Part shown: positions 11,728-22,230 of the stretch, piece after piece
Layout: every line of letters starts with the position of its first letter
Numbering within the stretch: position 1 is the first letter of the stretch
Source of the DNA: Kangiellaceae bacterium
GTDB taxonomy: Bacteria > Pseudomonadota > Gammaproteobacteria > Enterobacterales > Kangiellaceae
Length of the DNA: 64,000 nt
Assembly (NCBI GenBank): GCA_039969155.1
Contig: JBDVOJ010000112.1
Location: 3,859 to 67,858 of the forward strand
Direction: 5' to 3'
Made by a program: the position numbers and the translations under genes
Notes under the pieces: generated by a model
Seen by the model: only the letters and a program-made list of their open reading frames with translations
The model's database searches: none
Told to the model about the DNA's origin: nothing

Positions 11728-12477
11728 TTATATATCCATTTCCTTTTTGATTTTATCAAGATTGGTATGCCGAACATCTTTACCTTTCACTAGATAAACA
11801 ATGTACTCACAAATATTCTTGGTGTGATCGCCAATCCTTTCGAGCGCTCTAGCACACCAAGATATTCTCAAGGCATCCTTGATCTGTCGAGGATCTTCCA
11901 TCATTTTCAAAACCAATAATCGTGAGATGTTATCAAATTCTTGGTTGATATTGCGATCACTTTGAATAACGTCAAGGGCCTCTTCCACATCCATACGAGC
12001 ATAGGCATTCAAAGAACGATTAAGCATCTTTTTGACGCTTTCACCAAGATGACGGAGTTCAATGTACTCTCTAGCACTGCCTTCAGCATCGGCCAACTCG
12101 ATCGCATTACGTCCAAGCTTCTCTGCTTCATCTCCAATTCGCTCAAGATCGGTAATCGTTTTAATAATACTGACCATCAAACGTAAATCACTGGCGGCAG
12201 GTTGTCTTCGTGCCAGAATCTCAGTACAGGTTTCGTCAATTTCAACTTCCATGCCATTAACTTGCTTATCAGTATCCACCACTTTTTTAGCGAGCTCAGT
12301 ATCAGCTTCTAGCAACGCCACTAGTCCATCAGAAACTTGCTGCTCGACCAAGCCACCCATTTTCAAAACTTGATTTCGGACTTCTTCTAGCTCTTGATTA
12401 AAGCGCTTCGAAATATGCTGTGATAAATGAAGATCGTTTTCCATATTGTTTCTCCCGAAGACGTTTGGCTTAGCCAA
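11728..12477 (-). CDS. phoU: phosphate signalling complex protein PhoU
   Basis: 249 aa with a duplicated PhoU repeat (E..D...D motifs: [12 protein letters not shown] and [12 protein letters not shown]). It overlaps the pstB stop. Confidence 0.93.
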   Translation of the reverse strand: MAKPNVFGRNNMENDLHLSQHISKRFNQELEEVRNQVLKMGGLVEQQVSDGLVALLEADTELAKKVVDTDKQVNGMEVEIDETCTEILARRQPAASDLRLMVSIIKTITDLERIGDEAEKLGRNAIELADAEGSAREYIELRHLGESVKKMLNRSLNAYARMDVEEALDVIQSDRNINQEFDNISRLLVLKMMEDPRQIKDALRISWCARALERIGDHTKNICEYIVYLVKGKDVRHTNLDKIKKEMDI

Positions 12478-13306
12478 ACCTGCCAGTAATGTAGTTTTCT
12501 GTCAATTTATGCGACGGATTAGTAAAGATTTGAGCCGTTTCACCCATTTCAACTAATTGCCCCATGTGGAAGTATGCGGTTGTTTGCGAGATTCTCGCCG
12601 CTTGCTGCATTGAGTGAGTGACGATAGCAATAGTGTATTTTTCTTTCAACTCGTCAATTAGTTCTTCAATGACTGCAGTCGCTATCGGATCAAGTGCGGA
12701 TGCAGGTTCATCCATCAAAATAACTTCGGGACTCACGGCAATCGTTCTGGCAATACAAAGTCGCTGCTGTTGTCCGCCCGACAAACCGGTTCCCGGAGCA
12801 TCAAGTCGGTCTTTAACCTCTTCAAAAAGACCCGCTTTTTGTAGACTCGTGATCACAATTTCATCTAATTCCGCTTTATTTGAGGCTAAACCATGGATTT
12901 TTGGCCCATAAGCAACATTTTCATAAATAGACTTAGGAAATGGGTTGGGCTTTTGGAACACCATGCCAACTCTTGCTCTCAACAGCACAGGATCCATTTT
13001 CTTGGCGTAAATGTCTTCGCCATCCAGAGTCAATTCTCCTTCGACTCGACAAATTGGAATGGTGTCATTCATCCGATTCATACAGCGCAAAAAAGTCGAC
13101 TTACCACAACCGGAAGGACCAATTAAAGCAGTCACTTGATGTTTCGCTAAATCTAAACTGACGTCTTTGATCGCTTGTTTTTGCTCATAAAAAACATTGA
13201 CATTACGCATCGACATTTTTGCGTCATCGGAAAAACAGTTTCCGACGGTTCCGTCAATTTTAGTGTCGTCTGATAACAAACTTTCTGAAGAAGATATATC
13301 AACCAT
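12470..13306 (-). CDS. pstB: phosphate ABC transporter ATP-binding protein PstB
   Basis: It has Walker [10 protein letters not shown], the signature LSGGQQQR and Walker B ILMDEP. Its operon position fits. Confidence 0.95.
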   Translation of the reverse strand: MVDISSSESLLSDDTKIDGTVGNCFSDDAKMSMRNVNVFYEQKQAIKDVSLDLAKHQVTALIGPSGCGKSTFLRCMNRMNDTIPICRVEGELTLDGEDIYAKKMDPVLLRARVGMVFQKPNPFPKSIYENVAYGPKIHGLASNKAELDEIVITSLQKAGLFEEVKDRLDAPGTGLSGGQQQRLCIARTIAVSPEVILMDEPASALDPIATAVIEELIDELKEKYTIAIVTHSMQQAARISQTTAYFHMGQLVEMGETAQIFTNPSHKLTENYITGRFG

Positions 13307-13315
13307 ATTATTAAC

Positions 13316-14626
13316 CTACTTTTCAAATTTCTTTCTAAGAATGGCAGCACTGACATTCATGACTAAAAGAAAACTTAATAAAACTAAAATTGCTGCAGAG
13401 GTCTTTGCCAAGAACGCTCGTTCGGGACTATCCGCCCATAAAAAGATCTGCACCGGTAACACCGTCGCTGCATCAGTTACAGAAGCAGGAACATCTACAA
13501 TAAACGCTACCATTCCTATCATTAACAGTGGAGCTGTCTCACCTAGCGCTTGCGCCATACCAATAATTGTCCCTGTCAAAATTCCAGGCATTGCCATGGG
13601 TAACACGTGCCCAAATGCAGTTTGCATTTTAGATGCTCCAATGCCTAATGCAGCTTCGCGAATAGACGGAGGAACCGCTTTTATCGATGCACGACTAGCG
13701 ATGATAATGGTTGGTAGAGTCATCAATGATAATACAATCCCTCCCACAAGAGGCGCAGATCGGGGCAAGCCAAAAAGGTTTATGATGACCGCTAAACCTA
13801 GCAAACCAAATATTATCGATGGCACCGCTGCTAGATTGTTGATATTGACTTCAATTATATCCGTCCAGCGATTTCGCGGGGCAAATTCTTCTAAGTATAA
13901 AGCTGCAGCAACCCCAAGTGGAAATGAAATAGCTAGAGTCACTAACATGGTAAGAATCGTTCCTGTGAACGCCCCTCTTACACCTGCTAGTTCAGGTTCT
14001 CTAGAATCTCCATTGGTAAAAAAAGTCACGTTAAATCGTTTTTCGACTCGTCCTTGCTGTTGCAATTGCTGAACCCATTTGGCTTGTTCGTCATCGACTC
14101 TCGAACCAGCAACACCAGGCTTGGGATCGTCTTTTAAATAGGTATCGACGTCATCATCAAATCTTATCCAAACAGCTTGGGTGGAATTAAATGCATCGGG
14201 ATTTTCAGCTAAATAATCCTGCAAGGTGAACTCTGCATTACTACTAAATAATCCGAAAAGTTTTTTCTTGCCTTTTCTACCACTAGCATCAGGAAACGAC
14301 TGATACAACGAACGCTTAAGTGCTTTTCGATAATTAGCTTTGCGGATGCTTTTCTCATCGACCTGATCAATATTCAACCAATCGCTGGTAAACGAAACAT
14401 CCACTTTTACCCAATGCTGATGGAACGCAGGAATCGCTTTATAAGTTATGTCCGAAATCAACACAAAGACTAAACAAAAACCAAATAGTACGGCTAAAAA
14501 GCCAACCGTTTTGAAGCGTGTTTCTTTTTTATGCCGCTTTTTTAGACTGGCAGCCACTTTTTCTGTGACAGAGTAAGTCATATCGCTCTTGCTCGAGTTT
14601 GATTCTGAATTAGTCATATTGTTCAC
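13316..14626 (-). CDS. pstA: phosphate ABC transporter permease PstA (long form)
   Basis: 436 aa polytopic permease sitting between pstC and pstB. Confidence 0.88.
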   Translation of the reverse strand: MNNMTNSESNSSKSDMTYSVTEKVAASLKKRHKKETRFKTVGFLAVLFGFCLVFVLISDITYKAIPAFHQHWVKVDVSFTSDWLNIDQVDEKSIRKANYRKALKRSLYQSFPDASGRKGKKKLFGLFSSNAEFTLQDYLAENPDAFNSTQAVWIRFDDDVDTYLKDDPKPGVAGSRVDDEQAKWVQQLQQQGRVEKRFNVTFFTNGDSREPELAGVRGAFTGTILTMLVTLAISFPLGVAAALYLEEFAPRNRWTDIIEVNINNLAAVPSIIFGLLGLAVIINLFGLPRSAPLVGGIVLSLMTLPTIIIASRASIKAVPPSIREAALGIGASKMQTAFGHVLPMAMPGILTGTIIGMAQALGETAPLLMIGMVAFIVDVPASVTDAATVLPVQIFLWADSPERAFLAKTSAAILVLLSFLLVMNVSAAILRKKFEK

Positions 14627-16010
14627 GATATTTCCTCACAACTTTTAACGCGATAACATTCAACGCAAGAGTCGTTACGAACAGCATTAAACCGAGGGCA
14701 AATGCCGCTAAAGTTTTTGGACTGTCAAATTCCTGGTCACCAGTTAACAAAGTAACGATCTGAACTGTCACTGTAGTCACTGATTCGAGTGGATTAGCGG
14801 TTAGATTGGCCGCCATTCCCGCAGCCATTACCACAATCATGGTCTCGCCAATCGCCCGAGAGAGTGCCAACAAGATAGCACCAACGATACCCGGTATAGC
14901 CGCCGGTAATAGAACTCTTTTAATCGTTTCTGATGGAGTCGCTCCCAACCCTAAAGAACCTTCTTTTAGCGTCTTAGGAACAGCGCTAATAGCATCATCG
15001 GATAGACTAGAGATAAAAGGAATGATCATAATTCCCATCACAAGACCTGCAGCAAGCGCGCTTTCTGACGCAACACTTAAACCAAGCCATCCTCCAAAAT
15101 CTCGAATCAATGGAGCAACAGTCAAAGCGGCAAAAAAACCGTAAACAACCGTCGGAACACCAGCAAGAATTTCTAGCATTGGCTTAGCAATAGAACGTAA
15201 TCTTTCGGAGGCGTATTGTGACAAATAAACCGCTATCATTAACCCAGTTGGAATCGACAACAGCATCGCTATGGCGGTTATCAAAAGAGTTCCTGCAAAT
15301 AGCGGAACGGCACCAAAAGCACCGGAGCCACCGACTTGATCGGTTCTCATAGCAATTTGTGGGCTCCATTCGGTACCGAATAAGAATTCCCAAGGTGGTA
15401 CCGCAGAGAAAAACTGGATAGACTCGAATAAAACCGAAAAAATGATTCCGATAGTTGTCAGCAAAGCCACTCCAGAGCAAGTCCAAAGTAGTCCGGCGAT
15501 TACCCGCTCCATTTGCACTCTCGCCTTAAACTCAACCGTAAAGCGACTGACTAAAAAACTAACGCTGGTTATCGCCACTAGGATGACTAAGATACTTTTA
15601 AATAAACTCGCCCTATTTTGTGCGTCTACTAAAAACTGCGCCGCAACATGCTTTACATCATTATCATTAAATTGCAGTAGAGTTGATTCGTGAATCTGCC
15701 CTGCGATAACTTGGATATCGTTTAAGTAAAGACTCAACTCATCTGGGTTGAGTTTACTGACTTCGGCGGGTAAAAAGTCGACTAATTGGGCTTGAATGAC
15801 CCCAGCCTCAAAAATCGACCACACCAATAAAACAAACAGTGCAGGCAAACCACACCAAAAAGCAGTCAGCGCTCCAAATTGACGAGGTAACGAAGTAAGT
15901 CTTTTGACTTTCGTCAACCCGCCGGCTACCTTGACCGCTCTTTGAATAGCAAACCAATAGCTAAATAAAGCTAAAAAGGCTATTACAAATATGAGTGTGG
16001 ATGAATTCAT
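14610..16010 (-). CDS. pstC: phosphate ABC transporter permease PstC (long form)
   Basis: 466 aa polytopic permease downstream of pstS. It overlaps the pstA start. Confidence 0.88.
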   Translation of the reverse strand: MNSSTLIFVIAFLALFSYWFAIQRAVKVAGGLTKVKRLTSLPRQFGALTAFWCGLPALFVLLVWSIFEAGVIQAQLVDFLPAEVSKLNPDELSLYLNDIQVIAGQIHESTLLQFNDNDVKHVAAQFLVDAQNRASLFKSILVILVAITSVSFLVSRFTVEFKARVQMERVIAGLLWTCSGVALLTTIGIIFSVLFESIQFFSAVPPWEFLFGTEWSPQIAMRTDQVGGSGAFGAVPLFAGTLLITAIAMLLSIPTGLMIAVYLSQYASERLRSIAKPMLEILAGVPTVVYGFFAALTVAPLIRDFGGWLGLSVASESALAAGLVMGIMIIPFISSLSDDAISAVPKTLKEGSLGLGATPSETIKRVLLPAAIPGIVGAILLALSRAIGETMIVVMAAGMAANLTANPLESVTTVTVQIVTLLTGDQEFDSPKTLAAFALGLMLFVTTLALNVIALKVVRKYREQYD

Positions 16011-16081
16011 TTATTTGTTACCCAAGTTTTCAATTAATTTTTTTCCAGTTAAACTTTTGCTGCTCGAAAATATAAAAAATT

Positions 16082-16107
16082 GAGGTAATAGCTTTCGCTA
16101 ATACCTC
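16082..16107 (-). terminator. intra-operon hairpin between pstS and pstC
   Basis: The stem is GAGGTA...TACCTC and is followed by AATTTTTT on the minus strand. An attenuator after pstS is common in pst operons. Confidence 0.45.
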
Positions 16108-16137
16108 TTTTTTAAAACAACCTACAGACTGAGAAAT

Positions 16138-17226
16138 CTATAATTTTAACTCTGTTAAAGACAATACTTCTTTTCTAATTTTGTTAAGCTTTTCTTCGCC
16201 AAGTGGAATCAAGCCTTTATCAGTTAAATAACCCTCTTCACCCATTGATGCTTCACTGGTGAATTCAGTTAAAAACTCTAAGATTCCCGGGATTTTTCCA
16301 ACATGAGCATTTTTCACGTAGAAGTAAAGAGGACGAGACACTGGGTAAGAACCATCTGAAATCCCTTCAAAAGTAGGAGCAGTACCATCAACTTTCGAAC
16401 CTTGCAAAGTATCAGAGTTTTGGTCTAAAAAGCTAAATCCAAATACACCAAAAGCATTAGGGTTAGCAGTTAATTTTTGAACGATAAGATTATCGTTTTC
16501 ACCAGCTTCAATGTAGACGTGATCTTCTCTTACAGCATGACACACTTCCTTATACTGTTTTTTGTTAGTTTTCTTCATGGCTTTAATCCAAGGAAACGCC
16601 TTACATCCACCTTCAAGTACTAGCTCAGCGAATGCATCACGAGTTCCTGAAGTTGGTGGAGGGCCTAACACTTCGATTTTTGTAGCTGGTAATTTCGAAT
16701 TGATTTCGTTCCAAGTCTTGTATGGATTGGCCACTAATTTCTCAGAACCATCTTTTGCAGGAACGTCTTTAGCAAGCGCTAAGAACAGTTCCTTTCTAGT
16801 AACAGTCATTTGCTTGGATTCTTTAGAGTTAGCGATGACTATTCCGTCATATCCAACCAAAACTTCTGTAATACTTTTGACGCCATTCTTGGCACACATT
16901 TCAACTTCTGTCTTTTTGATTCGACGCGATGCATTTGACATATCAGGCGTATCGATCCCAGCGCCCGCACAAAATAATTTCATTCCACCGCCAGTTCCGG
17001 TTGATTCGATTTTAGGTGTTTTGAAGTCCGTAGACTTTCCAAATCTTTCCGCTACAACAGTGGTGAAAGGGTAAACTGTTGATGAGCCCACAACATTGAT
17101 AGTATCTCGACCAGCAGAAAAAGCTGCTGTACTTGTTGCTAATAAACTGATAGCTAGAGTTAATTTTTTCATTACAAAATCCTTAAATTTGTTAACGCAT
17201 AATACCCAGAGGGATATCGCTTTCAA
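16138..17226 (-). CDS. pstS: phosphate ABC transporter substrate-binding protein PstS
   Basis: It has a signal peptide and the PstS/PBP-like pattern (VVGSSTVYPF..., SGTRDAF). The likely true start is MKKLTLAISLL near 17172. Confidence 0.9.
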   Translation of the reverse strand: MKAISLWVLCVNKFKDFVMKKLTLAISLLATSTAAFSAGRDTINVVGSSTVYPFTTVVAERFGKSTDFKTPKIESTGTGGGMKLFCAGAGIDTPDMSNASRRIKKTEVEMCAKNGVKSITEVLVGYDGIVIANSKESKQMTVTRKELFLALAKDVPAKDGSEKLVANPYKTWNEINSKLPATKIEVLGPPPTSGTRDAFAELVLEGGCKAFPWIKAMKKTNKKQYKEVCHAVREDHVYIEAGENDNLIVQKLTANPNAFGVFGFSFLDQNSDTLQGSKVDGTAPTFEGISDGSYPVSRPLYFYVKNAHVGKIPGILEFLTEFTSEASMGEEGYLTDKGLIPLGEEKLNKIRKEVLSLTELKL

Positions 17227-17311
17227 ACCAGAAATACCGTATTTGATATCGTTGGTAATTTCGATTTGTAGTCAGTGTATGGCTCAATTGTGACTAATAT
17301 ATTACGGTAAT

Positions 17312-17329
17312 ATGACAGCTTTATTACAA
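17312..17329 (-). promoter_or_regulatory. Pho box upstream of pstS
   Basis: The minus strand reads TTGTAAT-AAAG-CTGTCAT, two 7-mers in an 11-bp register. A TAATAT -10-like hexamer follows about 12 nt downstream. Confidence 0.75.
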
Positions 17330-17356
17330 GAGTTTCACTATTTCTAAGTTGGCAAA

Positions 17357-17388
17357 AAGAACCACTTAACTTAAGCTAAGCGGTTCTT
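17357..17388 (-). terminator. rho-independent terminator after the porin gene
   Basis: The stem is AGAACCGC...GTGGTTCT and is followed by TTTTGCC on the minus strand. Confidence 0.6.
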
Positions 17389-17415
17389 TTTATTAAGAAA
17401 TAACTGAGCAGTTAA

Positions 17416-18426
17416 TTAAAACTTCTGAACAATTCCAACACCAAGGATGGTGTCGTCATCGCCCGTCGCACCTTCTTCGTTGAAGCTCAAATAGCTAACA
17501 AAAGTAGTTTTCTTGCTTGCTTTATAGTCCCAACCAATGGTGGTCTGTGACGTGTATTTAACTTTTGAACTGACTTCAGCTTCCCAAGCGTCAGACTCAA
17601 CCAATTGGAGTTTGAACGAATGCTTATCCATTTTGTATTTTCCACTAACAACATACCCGTCACCTGAAAGGTCTCCGTTGTCTGTGTCGTGGTACATAAA
17701 GCCTAACTGGAAGTTATCAATATTGTATTTTACGATAGCCCGACGAGTTTCAACATCTTCACCTTCAACACCATCATCGATAGCCGCTCCAAATGTGATT
17801 TGGCCAGTTTTGTATTCAAATGATGCTGAAATTCCATCTGCCAAACCGTCATTGTTTCCAGTATCTTCGCCTGGAATGATTGCGATTTTACCTTTAAAAC
17901 CACCCATTTTAGGTGTTGAGTATTGAACGATATCACTTGCTCTCACTTCACCATTGAAAGCAGTTTTGAATTCCATTTGGTAATCATTGAATAAATCAAC
18001 ACTCTTAACTAATGATTTAGCCGGAGTATCATGACGACCTGCAAGAATGTCACCAAAGCTGCCTCGCAATCCGATGAATTGGTTACGTGAGCTGATATTT
18101 TCCTCTTTGCTTTCGTCAGTAACATCAACAGCCCATTCCATTTGGTAAAAGACTTCTAACCCTTCAACCCCAGTATCTCCATATCCTTTTACTCCAAATC
18201 GAGTGGCATTACTGTTCAATTCCCACTGATCGTCGCCATTATCTTCGTCGACTTTATCCAAAGTTAGCATTACTTTACCGTATACATCGACCCAGTTGTC
18301 ATCGGCAATCGCAGCCGCAGGCGAAAGGATTCCAGCAATTGCTAGAGTAATAATTGAAGGTTTTAAGACTTTCATTTGAATCTCCAAATTGAATTTAAAT
18401 AATTTATAAGTTTCTGAAAAACGCAC
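17416..18426 (-). CDS. outer-membrane general porin, probably phosphate-starvation inducible
   Basis: It has a signal peptide (MKVLKPSIITLAIAGILSPAAAIA), alternating beta-strand composition and a C-terminal ...VGIVQKF. The likely start is at 18375. A strong Pho box lies upstream. Confidence 0.8.
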   Translation of the reverse strand: MRFSETYKLFKFNLEIQMKVLKPSIITLAIAGILSPAAAIADDNWVDVYGKVMLTLDKVDEDNGDDQWELNSNATRFGVKGYGDTGVEGLEVFYQMEWAVDVTDESKEENISSRNQFIGLRGSFGDILAGRHDTPAKSLVKSVDLFNDYQMEFKTAFNGEVRASDIVQYSTPKMGGFKGKIAIIPGEDTGNNDGLADGISASFEYKTGQITFGAAIDDGVEGEDVETRRAIVKYNIDNFQLGFMYHDTDNGDLSGDGYVVSGKYKMDKHSFKLQLVESDAWEAEVSSKVKYTSQTTIGWDYKASKKTTFVSYLSFNEEGATGDDDTILGVGIVQKF

Positions 18427-18470
18427 AATTAAGGCTAGTTTTTAAGTTGAGCGTATAATAGGGCGGTTAT

Positions 18471-18488
18471 ATGACAGATTTATGACAA
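18471..18488 (-). promoter_or_regulatory. Pho box upstream of the porin gene
   Basis: The minus strand reads TTGTCAT-AAAT-CTGTCAT, near-perfect to the E. coli consensus CTGTCATA(A/T)A(A/T)CTGTCA(C/T). A TATTAT -10-like element follows. Confidence 0.85.
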
Positions 18489-18796
18489 CTAGTCATAATT
18501 CTTTAATAATTCTGAAACAATCTAAATTTAGCTTGAAAATATAGCCGTATGCTATTGATAAAAAAGGATTAAATCGAGTTGTTCAATAACTAAATCATGC
18601 TTAGATATTCACAGATTAATTACCTTACAAGCGTTCTTTTTAAAGGTTTATGACACAATATATGACATAAACCAACACACTCACCGGAGAATAACTGAAT
18701 TAAGACAAGTGACTACTTGTTTTGAGAGAAGAGTAAAATTGAGCTCGGATAGACTGAATACTCGGAGCATTCAGCCTATCTAGCACTATGGCGGGT

Positions 18797-20047
18797 CTAG
18801 TTAGATGCCAGAATAATCGACTCGATATACTCTAGCGCTTCTTCATCCTTCGATTGACCTAACCAAAAAATCGCTTTTTGTTTGATCTTGCGATTATCAG
18901 CTGATTGCAGGACTTTTACTAAGCTCTTAGTCGCATTGCCATGAGTTAGTTGCGAAAGAGCGAATACCGCATGTTCTCGAATCCGCATCGGAGAAGCTCC
19001 AAGCGCTATCCGAATTAACAATGCTGATGAATCACGTTGCTTATTTTGAGACAGCCAAAACACGGCTTGTTTTTGGACTTCCAAAATCGGATGCTGGGTG
19101 GCAATGGAAATAAGCTTTTTCCAAGCCTTATCACTTTTTAGTTGTGACAATGCGAAAACAGCTTTGTCGTGTATAGAACGAGAATTACCGCTTTCCAATG
19201 CTTGCTCAATGACTTCCAACGCTTGTGGCAAATTGTTTTGTGCTACCCAAAAAATTGCCTCACTTCGAATCAATTCATCGGTTGGCGCCTTAGCTAATGC
19301 CACTAGCTTTTTCTTTGAACCATCATACTTATTCACACTTAATGCAAATACCGCGCGCTTTTTTGTTTGTTGCGAGAACTCTGAACTATCCAAGAGCTGA
19401 ACCAAAGAGTTATAACCGGCTTTATTTCTAGCCTGCCCCAGCCAAAAAATCGCGTTCTCGGTCTGAGGATGACGTTCTTTAAAAGCCAGTGCTGCTAACT
19501 GTTCATGTGCAAACTTTCCTCGGTGGAGTGCAATAGCAGCAACAGCTTGGTCAGCCACTTTTCTAGCGCTGCGGTTAACATTTGATTTTTGACTGAGTAA
19601 CTCAGTTAGGAATTCAACGCTTTGTTGTTGATTGACGTTCTCAAACGATGTAATTGACAAACCATCTCGCTCGACAGGACACTCACTGCCGGCAATAAAC
19701 AATTCATTAACCACTCCATTATTCGATTTAAAATAAATGTCGAGAAGCTTAGAGTCCTGTTGCACTCCGGAGTGTGAAGTTCCCCAAGAGTTTCCGCGCT
19801 CTGTTAATGAACACCCTTGCTGCTTCGCTCCTTGGAAACAACACGGCATACCATTATTGACTTCCATTTTAACTTGATAGTTAAACCAATTTATTTGGCT
19901 TTTAGCTTCTTTGGTTACTAGCTCAAAAACCTTTTCGCTGGGGCTAAGCTTAATTGATTGATCAGCTTTAACTATATTGATAAAAGTCCCTAATAAAAGA
20001 AAAATAAAAGCGACGACTTGCAGACCTGTTTTGTTTAAGTAGTTCAT
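18797..20047 (-). CDS. secreted HEAT-repeat protein with a Cys-rich N-terminal domain
   Basis: 416 aa with a signal peptide and an N-domain containing CCFQGAKQQGC and ...GSECP. About eight alternating repeats of A(I/V)FWL(G/S)Q and AVFALSQ type (HEAT/PBS-lyase-like) follow. Confidence 0.65.
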   Translation of the reverse strand: MNYLNKTGLQVVAFIFLLLGTFINIVKADQSIKLSPSEKVFELVTKEAKSQINWFNYQVKMEVNNGMPCCFQGAKQQGCSLTERGNSWGTSHSGVQQDSKLLDIYFKSNNGVVNELFIAGSECPVERDGLSITSFENVNQQQSVEFLTELLSQKSNVNRSARKVADQAVAAIALHRGKFAHEQLAALAFKERHPQTENAIFWLGQARNKAGYNSLVQLLDSSEFSQQTKKRAVFALSVNKYDGSKKKLVALAKAPTDELIRSEAIFWVAQNNLPQALEVIEQALESGNSRSIHDKAVFALSQLKSDKAWKKLISIATQHPILEVQKQAVFWLSQNKQRDSSALLIRIALGASPMRIREHAVFALSQLTHGNATKSLVKVLQSADNRKIKQKAIFWLGQSKDEEALEYIESIILASN

Positions 20048-20057
20048 TATTGTTCTC

Positions 20058-21254
20058 CTATTGCTGCAATGACTGGCTGAAGAATTCTAAAACTTCGTCA
20101 GAATTAATCATGGAAAGTCTTTTTAGTGCTTTACGTTTAAGCGCATTATCTTTCTCAGTCTTAACGATGTTAATCAATGCTTTGGCGTTACTTTGGATAA
20201 ACAAGGCTTGAATCACCGCACTTTTAGTGACCGAACTAGCATCCGAGGTGTATAGATCTAATAGTTTTCCTTCGGCCTTATCTTGATTAACAATCCCCAT
20301 TTTATGAATAGCTTCTAGAACCAATTTTTGGTCACTTTCATTTTGAGCAATACTTAACAATTCATCGACACCCCCACCGATTGCAATCGCGTTGATAATA
20401 TCTTCTCTAAGTCCTCTAAATGATTTTTGCTTGTAGAGCTGAACCAACTCATCAATTCCATTCATGACGCCGATTAAATGGATCGAATGCTTCTGTAACT
20501 CTAAATCTTTTTCTGATTTTGCTAGTTCAAAGAGCGTGTTTTTCTCACCGGCAATCATATAACTCTTTAATATTTGATGCTTTATTTCTTGGCTATTACT
20601 TTCCGAATAAACTTGCTTAAGTAGCGCAAGCGATTTACCGGAACCAGTCATTCCCAATGTCTGAATAGCAACCATTTGTAATTCTTGATTGCTGGCATCG
20701 CTAGCCAATTGCGTAATCAAACCGTAGGCTTGCTCGTGTGAAGATTGGCTTAGCACGAAAATAGCTCGTTTCTTGACTCGGTCACTGGATTCACTCTTGA
20801 TGATTTTCGCAAGTATCTCGACCGTTCGCTCAGACGATGAGCTCAACAATGAGTTAATAGCATATAACTTCATTTCATCATCGCTAATTTCTGAGGCATC
20901 TCCTAGTTGGTCTTTTATTTCTGCTGTTAGCGCATTGGCATCATCTCGCCAATTACTTTTTGGAAACCGTTTTTTCAAACTCGACAGCGTTTTCAAAGCA
21001 TCTGAATACTCCGAGCTTTTAGCTTGCGCATAGGCCTTCCAATATAAAGCCGCATCCTGATTTTTACCTTTATTCTTGGAAACTTCATCAAAGATGGCTT
21101 TCGCTTGGCTCCAGTTTTGCTGGTCTAAGTATTCTTGACCTTTTTCATAGTCTGAAGCGTTTGCTACCAGACTGCTCATCGACAAAACTCCACAGATTAA
21201 GCCGGTAGCAATTACCTTGCTTGACGCTTTAACTAGCTGATTAAATCGTTTCAT
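20058..21254 (-). CDS. secreted TPR/HEAT-repeat protein
   Basis: 398 aa with a signal peptide and a TPR-like N-terminus (QNWSQAKAIFDEV...ALYWKAYAQ). HEAT-like repeats follow (KKRAIFVLSQS, ...). Confidence 0.6.
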   Translation of the reverse strand: MKRFNQLVKASSKVIATGLICGVLSMSSLVANASDYEKGQEYLDQQNWSQAKAIFDEVSKNKGKNQDAALYWKAYAQAKSSEYSDALKTLSSLKKRFPKSNWRDDANALTAEIKDQLGDASEISDDEMKLYAINSLLSSSSERTVEILAKIIKSESSDRVKKRAIFVLSQSSHEQAYGLITQLASDASNQELQMVAIQTLGMTGSGKSLALLKQVYSESNSQEIKHQILKSYMIAGEKNTLFELAKSEKDLELQKHSIHLIGVMNGIDELVQLYKQKSFRGLREDIINAIAIGGGVDELLSIAQNESDQKLVLEAIHKMGIVNQDKAEGKLLDLYTSDASSVTKSAVIQALFIQSNAKALINIVKTEKDNALKRKALKRLSMINSDEVLEFFSQSLQQ

Positions 21255-21369
21255 TGTTCAACTTCCTTTGGTTATCATTTGCCTTTTAAGGACATTCTGC
21301 AGCATGTCACCAAGTTTAATTTTCAGTACTTTCAATTAGTTTGACGGACTAATTGGATTTCGGTTTGGT

Positions 21370-22230
21370 CTAAATCGTTCTTTGCTGTAATTTTTTATTG
21401 GAAACCTTCATTTTAAATAAAAGATCAGAACTGTTTAGTCGTTTTTTGACATTCTCTAATTCATCTGGGCTCATTAGAGTTTTATCACTAGTAGCGATGT
21501 TTGCATTTCTTAGCTCCAATAAGATCGACTCCATTTGCATTAACAAATGAGCCAATTGTTTATCACCTGATTTAACCATTAGCTGACGATAGAGGCGATT
21601 AAACGAAATTAAATCATCAAGGTGCTGATTTCTTTGTGACATTGGATCAGAGTCTACGCTATCTGTATTGATCACATTGGTTAGCAATCTGCTACTTGAA
21701 TCTAAATGTTTTTCTAAACTCGCATATAATACCCGCTGACTATCGCGCTCGCTAAACGCCTGTTGCTGATTGCTATTTTTTTTGCCTTCATTAGCGATTG
21801 CCCATTCTTGAGTCTCAGGCGTATCGACACTCATACGTCCCATATAAAAGAGACTAAATCCAAGAACTGCAACTAAACAAAAAGAAAATGCATAACTTGG
21901 TTTAAATTCCAAAAACCAATTCAACAATAGATTTTTTTTCTGTTGAACTAAATGAGTCTTTGACTCGTTATTGTGAGACTCTTGCTGCTCGATTGATTGG
22001 TATACTGCAGCCATGATATTTTGATTCAAATTGTTGTTGGGGCTGGGAATTGCTTTATTAAGTCCGCTATCAAGCATCCTAGTTAAAGCCCGGTAACGAG
22101 TTTGCAGTTTGTCTGAGTGAGCTAACTCTTGCGCCAATTTTTTTGCTTCTACCGACTCTAACTCTCGATAGTAAAACAAGATAAGAGACTCATCACTCCA
22201 AGCCATATTTGAATGTCCTATGTTACTCAT
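21370..22230 (-). CDS. single-pass membrane anti-sigma factor (putative)
   Basis: 286 aa with an N-terminal cytoplasmic helix region, one TM segment (FSFCLVAVLGFSLFYMG) and a periplasmic C-domain. Its start overlaps the sigma gene stop (ATGA coupling). Confidence 0.65.
   Translation of the reverse strand: MSNIGHSNMAWSDESLILFYYRELESVEAKKLAQELAHSDKLQTRYRALTRMLDSGLNKAIPSPNNNLNQNIMAAVYQSIEQQESHNNESKTHLVQQKKNLLLNWFLEFKPSYAFSFCLVAVLGFSLFYMGRMSVDTPETQEWAIANEGKKNSNQQQAFSERDSQRVLYASLEKHLDSSSRLLTNVINTDSVDSDPMSQRNQHLDDLISFNRLYRQLMVKSGDKQLAHLLMQMESILLELRNANIATSDKTLMSPDELENVKKRLNSSDLLFKMKVSNKKLQQRTI

Noticed and set aside
13197-14072. 291-aa plus-strand ORF
   Set aside because: It is antisense to the well-supported pstA permease gene and has Ala/Ser/Thr/Pro-rich shadow-ORF composition. 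The same reasoning rejects 12062..12373, 12618..12911, 14806..15144, 16562..17074, 17537..17926 and the other short ORFs nested in or opposite confident genes.
18649-18670. Second Pho box far upstream of the porin gene (ATGTCAT-ATATT-GTGTCAT)
   Set aside because: The two TGTCAT cores are 12 bp apart rather than 11, and the site is ~275 nt from the start codon. It may be a weak or auxiliary PhoB site but is not good enough to call.
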